Below the pieces are notes generated by a model. It was not told the DNA's origin and did not search any database. It worked only from the letters and a program-made list of their open reading frames with translations. A stretch of 64,000 nt of DNA from Vicugna vicugna (taxonomy: Eukaryota): the NCBI GenBank assembly GCA_013265495.1, contig MU058540.1, positions 1,327,696-1,391,695 on the forward strand, in the 5' to 3' direction. Positions 13,664 to 23,255 of the stretch are shown piece by piece; the first letter of the stretch is position 1; the number at the start of each line of letters is the position of its first letter. Position numbers and translations under genes: made by a program.

Positions 13664-13818
13664 CAGAATTCTGGATCCGCCATGTTTTTATAAACTGAGT
13701 ATCAGGAGGTATTGACTCTCCTTCTCCTATGGTGACATCTTCAACAAAGGACATAGAGGGCACACTGATGTTTGGGCTCTCAAAGTCATAATAGGCGCCA
13801 ATTGCTGCTTGTAGGTTC
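13664..13818 (-). CDS. ILRUN: ILRUN coding exon 2, 155 nt
   Basis: Not in the ORF track; read by hand. Polypyrimidine tract and TAG|G acceptor at 13819/13818. Translates (W)NLQAAIGAYYDFESPNISVPSMSFVEDVTIGEGESIPPDTQFIKTWRIQNS(G). Donor G|GTAAT at 13664/13663. Phases fit exons 1 and 3. Confidence 0.97.
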
Positions 13819-16800
13819 CTACAAAAAAAGAAAAAGAAAAAGACTTCAGTCCTCTCCAGAGCACATTATCCTGTCAAACAAAAGGAAAGAGACTGTTTCT
13901 TAGGGTGTGTTACAGAACCTGTAAATAGAAGGCTCCTGGTATGTAAATCTTCAGAGTTACTGATTCTGGCTGAGGAACAACAGGAAAAACACCAGTATCA
14001 ATAAACTTGTGCATTATTTTCTTCCCAAGGTACCCACATAGCAAGTAATAAACATTAGCACCATCAGCAACAACGTAAGGAAATCTCCCTCTTACCCACA
14101 AGGATAGCAAGTTTGCTTAAGGAAGTCAATAAAAAAGGAGCTCCTCTGACTAAAATTCAAAGAGGCTCCATTTTTTTAAAACATTCTAATTAATTTTTTT
14201 AAAAAGCAGTGCCTGCATATGGTTACCAAGTTTCATGCAGTAAAAAATAGCCATCTTATCTGTTCTTTCCTACATACACACATACACACAGGGAATCATT
14301 CATTCACATTACTTTCTTAAATATCCTTTCAGAACTTCCTTATGCACATACAAGCAAATGATATATATTGTTATTTCCCCCCTTCCTATACAACCAGTAG
14401 CATATTATACACTGCCCTTTGCTTTATTCCCTCCTAAGTCAGTACACAGTGAGTATCCTGTTTTTACAGCTGTATCCACTGTATAGATACATCATTATTT
14501 ATGTAATCAGTCTACTTTTAGTTTATTTCCAATCTTTAATTCTTCCATATATAAGCTTAAGCACATACAGTTATACGTACAAGCGCATCTGTAGGATAAA
14601 TCCCTACAAGTGATACTGCTGGGTCAAAGGGCATATATTTATGGCTCTATCAGATATACCTAAACTTCCCTCAATAAAAAAGTTATATACTCAATAAATA
14701 TTCCCACCAAGGATGTACAAGAGGGTCTACTACCCCACTTACTCATCAACAGTGTTTGTCCAACATTTTGGATTTTGGCTTATCTGATAAAAAATAAGAT
14801 CTCAGTGGGGTCTTAAAATGGTTTTCTCTTTTTACCAGAGAGTTTAAATATCTTTTACATGTTTATAAGCCATTGTAGTTTCTTCTTCGAAGTATCATTT
14901 TGTAAATGTTGGTGTTCTTTCTAATTATTTATAAACTCCTTTATGTCAGAAGGAACTACCAAGCACACAAACCAAAGTTCCAACTGAACAGAATCACGAT
15001 TGACAGCTTGGTTCAGCAGTGCCAGAAACCAAAGGCCACTAAGGGGTTTAAGTAAGCTGTGTTCATTACAGAGATCAAAGAAACTGCTGGTAATTACATT
15101 AACTGCTTCTCTTACGGTCTTCCTCAAACTCGTGACATCATGCCTAGTCCCCACAGTAGACAACAACACAAATTACATTTTTCTAAACATAACCCAACCA
15201 TAAACCACTGGATTCAGTGGGTTGTTTTTAATTATGCGTAAACATAGCATGAAATACCCTCTGACAGTACACAACTGTTCAACAGACATGCTATTAACAG
15301 AAAATACTTTCTGCTGGGGGCCTGCCTGTTCTTCCAGGTGTTTGCAGCTGCCAGAAAGGAAAGCTATATTTAGAGCAGCTACCTCAGGTCAAGCCTCACG
15401 CAATGGCAGCCTGTAGTATTAGCCAGTAATGAGTGGAATTATGCCACCACCAACTGTCGGCCTGTCGTGTGTGTGCTGGATAAAACTTACATGGAGCTGA
15501 GCTGGGCCAGGGTCCAAACTGTGCCTGTTTGCTTGACCACTCAATAGGAAGGTTTGGACTTTAGTCTTTCCAACAACTTCCTTATCTAGCTGACTGTGAT
15601 CCAAAGTGAAGAATATGTGACTGGTCAAACTTTGGGGAGGCCCATCCTGTACCACCCATAAACAGGCTTCGGAGTACATCTGGAATCAGCCTTACCCTTA
15701 GAGATCAGGGATAAAATGAGGGAGAGAAAAGTAAGTCTAGTTTGCGTTTTGTTCTTCTGAACACTTTTTGTAAAAGCCAAGTGTCCACCTTTTTGAAAAG
15801 ATCATTTTTTTGACAAAGATCTCCAGCAAATAGCCTGCTGAATTGTCTTCTGTTCACTTGGCTGTAAAATACGCTTGAGAGGGAAGAAACTATTTGTGCA
15901 CTCGGGACAAATGCCAATTCTCACCCTCAGCCTGTGTCATATTTCACCAGTTGGCTCTGCCTAATATCAGACAGGACTTCTGTCTGTACAAACACTAACA
16001 AATGGAAAAGTCCAGCAACCCTACTTAGGCAGATCCATCCCCCTCCTAAAATCTCCTTTCACACATTTCAACTCTTCCAACAGCCAAACCAACAAAACTG
16101 CTTACTTGTACCTGTATTATACACGAAATTCAGCCAGAGGAAGATTAAGAAACATTTTTCAAGCCTAAAGTGAAACTGAAAGTAGTGAACCAGACTTCTG
16201 GAAGGAAGCAGGAGTGAAGGATGACAAAGCATATTCGTTTCTCCAAGTACAAGGCAGAGTGTGGATGATAGCCGGGTGGTAGTCTAAACCACTCAGGCAG
16301 GCACACAGCTCAAAATGTGGGTACACAGCTCCTCAGCACTAGGACCATTTAGATCACAGCCTCACTGGCTAAGAAACAGTAGCAATAGACTAAACAGCTC
16401 TAATTCACTGTGAGAACAAGTAGACATGATAGCATGTATTCCCATTCAAAACAACATAATACCCAACTATTATTAGCCAATAAGAAATTCTACATGAAAC
16501 AGAATTGGCTGAGGACATAGAAAAGGGAGAACACAAACTTAGTACTCAGTCCAGCGTAAAAGTTTAAACTTCCAGGTTCCTTAAGTATTTTTGCTCAGGA
16601 AAAGTCTTTACTGCAATTTCAGATGATTAAAACACCCTAAAGAACAAAGGAGACAGTGTAACAGGGAGGGAAAAGGCAGAGTCTAAAATAAATGATGGTG
16701 ACGGTTATACAACATTGTGAATATACTTTATGCCACAGAACTATATACTTTAAAATGGTTAAAATGGTGAACTTTCAAATGGCTTTGTTTAGAGGCAGCT

Positions 16801-19686
16801 CCTACACCTGGCTGTGGGGCTATGAACAAGCAGCTAAGCATCTGTGTCAGTTTATCCACGTGCTGAGGTTTTCTGCTATAAGGTTGGCTTATATTTTATA
16901 TTACAAAGTTGGTGTTATAAGCCTAGCTGTGAAGACTGCATGAGGCAATGTTTGTAATGCCCTAGGGTGGCAGTCATTCATGCAACAAATATTTAATTAA
17001 TGAACATTTATCCATATGCTAGGCACTCAATCTTGGACTAGTTATAGAATGGACAGCAAAACAGAAAAGGGCCCTATCCGTTTTTATAAACTTTCAGCCC
17101 ATCAAACCAGGGAAACTTTCAAACAAGGGTAACTCCAACTATCTCTCACACTGAGGCTTATCAGTCTAAGGCAGCTTTTCTAACGTAGGGTAAAAAAAAC
17201 GGGACTGGTACACAACATAGTTCAACTACACTGATAATCAGGTTAACCTGATATAGAGTAGGAGAGTTTGGTGATGTTGATATGTGTTTCTTGATGAAAT
17301 GCAATTTTGTAACTCATAAGCAATACTGTCCAACCTTCATTTTATAGATGAGGCCAGAGGTGCACTGACAGGTAAATGACTTGCCCCAGGCCAGAAAGTC
17401 AATTATTAGTAGAACTCAGAGCCACATCTATTTAAAGGCATAAAACTTTTAATTTACCCAGAATTTTCCAATTATCTACTAACATTCTGAACACCTAATT
17501 TTCTTAAGAACATATTAATTACCACTATGAATTCTATAAATGAATTAGTTGTAACTACTCATTAAGCTGAATTCTTGAAAATGGTCAAATACCTGATATT
17601 GCATATATTCACAGAGAACATTTATTTTTGTACTATGTATACAAACATAAGTCAGATTAATGGTCTTATGAAGAAAAATCATTTATGTACAGAATATACA
17701 GTCAGGAACATTATTCCAAAAATATGGGGGTAGAAAATAGTTAAGGAAACCAGGAAATCAGAATTGAAGAGGGAATACTAGAAGTCTGAGTATTAGCTCA
17801 GATTCTCAGCAAAATAAAATTAGATACCTTCTCATTTCCATTCTCTGAACAAGGAAGAAACTCAAAAGGATCCAAATGATTTATAAGGGAAAAAAACAAC
17901 TATTCATCTTATTTGGACATAAAAAAGGAAATCAGAATTATGAATCGATCCACTTAAACACAAACAAGAGCATCTTCAGGCTTCAAGCGATACTTATTCC
18001 AAATTTGAAGAAGTTTCCCTCACCCATGGAATGTCAAGGATACTGCTACTAAGGCACTAACCCATCCAGGAATCAGGAAGATCTTACTACCTTTAAATGA
18101 CTGAAAAAACCTGACTAGAAAAAAGATCTGTTTTAGACAGAGGTTCTTACTAGGGCTTTCCAACATCAATTCAACAGGCATCTATCTAACTTGGAAGACC
18201 GAAAACCGGGGTCAAAAAATACATACTTGTGACTACTGTGAATTTTAAGGCCTAGGAAGAAACAAAGAATTTCATTAAAACAAAGATGAACGCAGGTACG
18301 GAACAGAAGTTGGGCCAAAGAAGATTTTCAAACCAAAAATTAACTCATAGATGATACTATTTAGTATGTGAAGACAGTAAGCCTTAAAAAGAAAGAAACT
18401 TGTGAAAGATTTCATTGAGAGGGGCAACAAAATTCATATCAGCATTTACCTACTTCTTAGAGCCCCAGCAAGTCCAAGACTGTTTCTTCTCTCTTCTTTT
18501 CCTGGCTATTTATTGATCTATTAGTTTTATCACTTTTTAGAACTGGTCCTTCTAACTAACATCAGTAGACACAGTTTTCCCAAACAGAAAGTAAAAAACT
18601 AGCATTCTGCCATGAAAAACCAAGGCAGTGGCACTGTTCTACATTTAAAGAGAGTAACAATCAAATGCAATATATGGGCCTTGATTGGGTTCTGATTCTA
18701 TAAAAGAACAACAACCAAGAAAGGTTATAAATGATACATTTGGGGGCAACAGAGGAAATTTAAAAAATTTTTAGCAGTAGAGAATTTTTGTAAATTATCT
18801 TATTATGTGGTTATGTAAGAGAATGTCCTCATTTTAAGAGAAGCATGCAGAAATATTTAAGGATGAAGGGTCATGATGTCTACAACTTACAAATAATTCA
18901 AAAAAAATTTATATAGAGAAATTACAGCAAAAATGTTAACCACTGTTGTTGAAATAGGTGATAAGGAGAAGGGTATATATTCTGATTCTTTAAAGTTTTC
19001 TGTAGGTTTGAAAAGTTTATAATAAAAAAGTAAATTAAAAACAAAGAGAACAGAAAAAAGAAAAGGTATCTTTTTTTTTCCCACCCCGGAAGATATTAAA
19101 AAATTTGGTGCATTTGAATGACTGCAGCCATCTGGGGAACATGAAGGAAACTCAGGAGACCTAAAGAGGATGAGGCTAATAGTTGAGGATGCTAGATTAG
19201 AAAAAGAGAAATCATAGCTGTGTCCTTGATGATATAGTTGAATCCCTAAATTAGGCAACCCCAGAGCCATCTTACATTGGGTATTGTCATCTGAGAAAAT
19301 ACAATTGGCTTATTGTTTATGGTGGTTATTATTCTTGGGGGTGGTGTGCAGGTTCTGAGGATAAAGCAATTCAACATTGATACTGCAGAGTTTTATTTCT
19401 AAATGTCTCTGGCTAATGTGTCAGGACTAAACTATTTTTCCTTTTTTAAAACAACTGAGACTCTCTACCACTTCTTTCTACTTTCTAAACTTTTAAATCA
19501 CCTCATACCCATTAAAGAACACCCCATATACATTAAGTAATCTTTCCTCATTCTTCCTTCCCCCACCCCGTATCCCCTGACAGCCACTAATATGCTCTTT
19601 GTGTCTGTGAATTCGCCTATTCTGCATAGTTTATATAAAAGGAATCATAACAATATGCAACCTTCTGCATCTGGCTTCTTCCACTT

Positions 19687-19894
19687 TTTTTTTTTAACTG
19701 AGGTATAGTCAGTTTACAATGTTGTGTCAATTTCTGGGGTACAGCACAATTCTTCAGTCATACATGAATGTACATATATTCATTTTCATATTCTTTTTCA
19801 CCATAAGCTACTAGAAGATATTGAATATATTTCCCAGTGCTATACAGTATAAACTTGTTTATCTATTTTATATATACCAGTCAGTATCTGCGAA
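19687..19894 (-). mobile_element. Younger L1 3'-end fragment nested in the older L1
   Basis: Poly(T) followed by AACTGAGGTATAGTCAGTTTACAATGTTGTGTCAATTTCTGG, the reverse complement of the L1 end at about 59090-59130. TSD TCCACTT at 19680-19686 and 19895-19901. Confidence 0.75.
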
Positions 19895-20549
19895 TCCACT
19901 TAACTTTCTGAGATTCATCCCAAATGGTAGCATGTTGATCAGTATTTCATTCCTCTTAGTGGCTAAATAATAATCCATTACATGTACATATCACATTTTG
20001 TCTATCCACTAATCTGCTTATGGGCATTTGAGTTGTTTCTACCTTTTGACTCCAAATGCTATAATAAAAATTCATATGCAAATGTCTGTGTGGGAATATG
20101 TGTTCATTTCCTTAGATATATACCTAGTAGTAGTTCTTCAGTGTCACATGTAATTCTATATTTAACTTTTTGAAAAACCATCAAACTATTTTCCACAGCT
20201 GAACCATTTGACATTTCCATCAATAATGTACGAGGCAAATGGTCCTATTTCTCCACATCTTTGCCAACACTTTTCTTTTTTGAAGTGGCATCTGACTGTG
20301 GTTTTGATTTTCATTTCCTTGATGACCAATGATCCTAACTTTTCATATATTTGTTGGCTATTTGTATATCCTCTTTGGAGACATGTCTATTCAAATCCTT
20401 TGTGCATTTTTTTGACCGGGTTGCTTATCTTCCTGTTGTTTAGTTGTAAGAGTTCCTTATATATTCTGGATACCAAATCCTTATCAGACATATGATTTAC
20501 AAATATTTTCTCCCATTATGTGGACTGTCTTTTCATTTTCTTGATGTCT

Positions 20550-20635
20550 TTTTTTTCTTTAATGGAGGTACTAGGTATTGAACCAGGACCTTGTGCATGC
20601 TAAGCACAAGGTCTACCACTGAGCTATACACTCCC
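20550..20635 (-). mobile_element. tRNA-derived SINE nested in an L1 fragment
   Basis: Reverse complement reads TATAGCTCAGTGGTAGA..CTTAGCATGCACAAGGTCCTGGTTCAAT..AGTACCTCC followed by an A tail. Confidence 0.8.
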
Positions 20636-22986
20636 TCTTGATTACGTCTTTTGATGCACAAAAGTTTTTAATTTTGTTGAAATCTAATTTATCTAGTTTT
20701 TCATTTGTCACTCGTGACTTTGATGTCAAATCTAAGAACTGAACACCAAATCCAAGGGCATGAAGATTTATCCCTATGTTTCTTCTAACAGTTTCATTGT
20801 TTAGCTTTTATTCTTAGGTCATTGATCCACCAGTTAATTCTTGTATAAGGAGTCAAGTAGAGATCTCTTTTTCTTTTTTTTGCCTGTGGTTACCTAGTTG
20901 TACCAGCACCAGGTGATAAGATCAAACATTTTTAAGAGACAAAGTTGGACAAACTCTTGGGTTTGAGTGGGATTCTGCCCTATTTGTGATCCTAGCTAGC
21001 CCTTGGTGACACTTGCATGGCAGGTGCAATAATCAACAAAGCTCAGATATGGGAAATCGAGTGGGTGAACAAGTTGAGACATGCACTGTACCACACCATA
21101 ACTCAAGTATGGTATGCTTTTGTCCTGATCACCCTAAAAAATATTTCCTATTCCCACCAAACAGTTTCTAGGAATGAAGGAATCAACAATACTTATGTAA
21201 GAATCAGTCAAACTAATTACAAACACAAAAACTTTTTCCCTATCTGTTAATCAACAAGTATAATAGTTTTCTTTTATATTTCTTCTATTTAAGTTTTCAC
21301 TCACTCATGACTCCAGGTACTAGAAATGCAAAGATAAGTATGACAAAGTCTTTGCTACCAAAGAACAATCTATTAAGAAAGATTCAATTGAAACTCAGTA
21401 ATCACAATTCAATGCAGTAAATGTCAGAGAAGAAATATGACCAAGAATTATAAAAGTACAGAAGAGAAAATGCCTAACTCAAACTGAGGAATTCAGGGAA
21501 AGCTTCATCAACCAGGTAACAACAGAACTGTACCTCGATGAACTGGTTAACCACCTAGAGAAGGGGAGTAAAGGGGCATTTCAGATAGGGGGAGAGAATG
21601 TGCAAAAGCACACAGATGTTTGACAGTTGAAAGAACAACACAAACCAAGCAGCCAGAAAAAGAGAGGCCTGACAAACTGCTAACTCAGGTTCCAAGATAT
21701 TCCGATATCATTATTAGTTCTCATTTTTAATCAGGCTAGTTTAAGACAGGGGTTCTATTCACCACCTCCAATAAAGTCCTAACTGATACAAGACTAAAAC
21801 ATTGTGAAAGGTAAAAACCCACAATGAATAACAAAGTCAAGGTGAGGTAGGAAGAAATGGGCTCCCCTTCCTCTCAGTTTACAAAGGTAGTAATCCTCGT
21901 ATGTAGCAAAGCAACTGGTTATACTGCATATGCATTCAAAAGCCAGATGGAGCTTTAGGAGCCTGGACAATATAAAGGAAACTGCCCACAGAAGACTGTG
22001 CAAACTTCAGTAAGGTTCTGCAAGACAATCCAACCTGCAAAATACAACCCAATCCAATCTAGCCTTCCTGAGAGAAGATATGACACACAAGATAAATATA
22101 ACTTTCTGTCTAACGCCAAAGATCTAAAACCTGTAATGGTCAGATTAATTAGAGACTTTGCTGAATTTCAACAACTGAATTCTCTGCATAACTAAGAAAC
22201 TGAGGCCCTGATGAATACACTGTAAAACAGACCCTTTCAAAACACTTCTCAAAGGGTCCCCCAAACTGCCGTTCCCTCCCCCTCATTATAGAGTATATCT
22301 CAAAGAAATACAGCTGAGGAGAGGGGAAATTTAGGGGATGACATCCCACAGAAGATTTGAGAAATCTCTAAATCCAGAATTATCCATCCATGTCCTGAGT
22401 AGAGACCTTTAATCTGGAAAGATAAGCAGAGCCAAGGGACCTAACCCAGGCCTAGCAATTCTCTTTGGCAATCTTAGAGACTAAAATCTAATTATAATAT
22501 TATTGGCATTGGTTATTTATCAAAGGGAATGCCCAAAAATGAAATGGATAAAGGGTGAACTTAAGGTTTAAAGGAATTCTATCATCAGGAGCCTATAATT
22601 ATTATACTCTAGTCAAGCCCTAGGGCCAAAGAAGTAGCATCTTATTGGAGGGGGAAAGCTAGAGCAGCATGGCCCTCATAAAAGGACTACCTCCAACTCT
22701 GCCCCTATACCCCCTGTGCTCCTCTCAAGTATGGTCATGAGAAATAACAGATACAGCAATTTTTTCTGGAGAAAGCCAGGCCAAGGCCTTCAGTTCTCCA
22801 CCAGTGAAATGAGTTAACAGGTGACCATGATACTTGCTGACTGTATTTTACTGCTCCTGCCCTACAGAAGAAAATATATACCTTGTATTCTCTCTGCTTG
22901 CATTTCCCAGGCTGAGAATAGTGCATGGTATTATAGAAGGTGCTTAATAAATATTTGTAGAATGGAATACACTAGTGACCAAAATA

Positions 22987-23201
22987 CAGTTGACCCTTCA
23001 ACAAAACAAGTTGAGTTGTGCAGGTCCACAACACTCAGATATTTTTTTAACAGTAGATACTACAGTACTACACGATCAGAGATTGCTGGAACCCATGGAT
23101 TTGGAATTGCTGATATGGAGGGCCAAATATAAGTTATACACAGATTTTCATCTGCATGGAGGGCTGGAACCCCAACCCCCAAGTTGTTAAACGGTCAATT
23201 G
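22987..23201 (+). mobile_element. Short non-autonomous Tigger2-like MITE
   Basis: TA then CAGTTGACCCTTCAACAA at the left end. TTGTTAAACGGTCAATTG at the right end is an imperfect inverted copy. Resembles Tigger2/MER28 termini. Confidence 0.75.
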
Positions 23202-23255
23202 CGTTTTTCCCTTCTTTTTATCAAATTTTCCCATTAAAATTTTATACTGGGACTA

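Larger units (their letters stand above)
19500..20910 (-). mobile_element. Old L1 (L1M-type) 3' fragment carrying nested insertions
   Basis: Typical antisense L1 ORF2-end and 3' UTR text (TTTCCTTGATGACCAATGAT, TATATTCTGGATACCAAATCCTTATCAGA, GAAGATTTATCCCTATGTTT). Boundaries approximate. Confidence 0.8.

Noticed and set aside
17237..17252. Perfect 16-bp palindrome ATCAGGTTAACCTGAT
   Set aside because: About one such palindrome is expected by chance in 64 kb (64000/4^8), and there is no supporting context.
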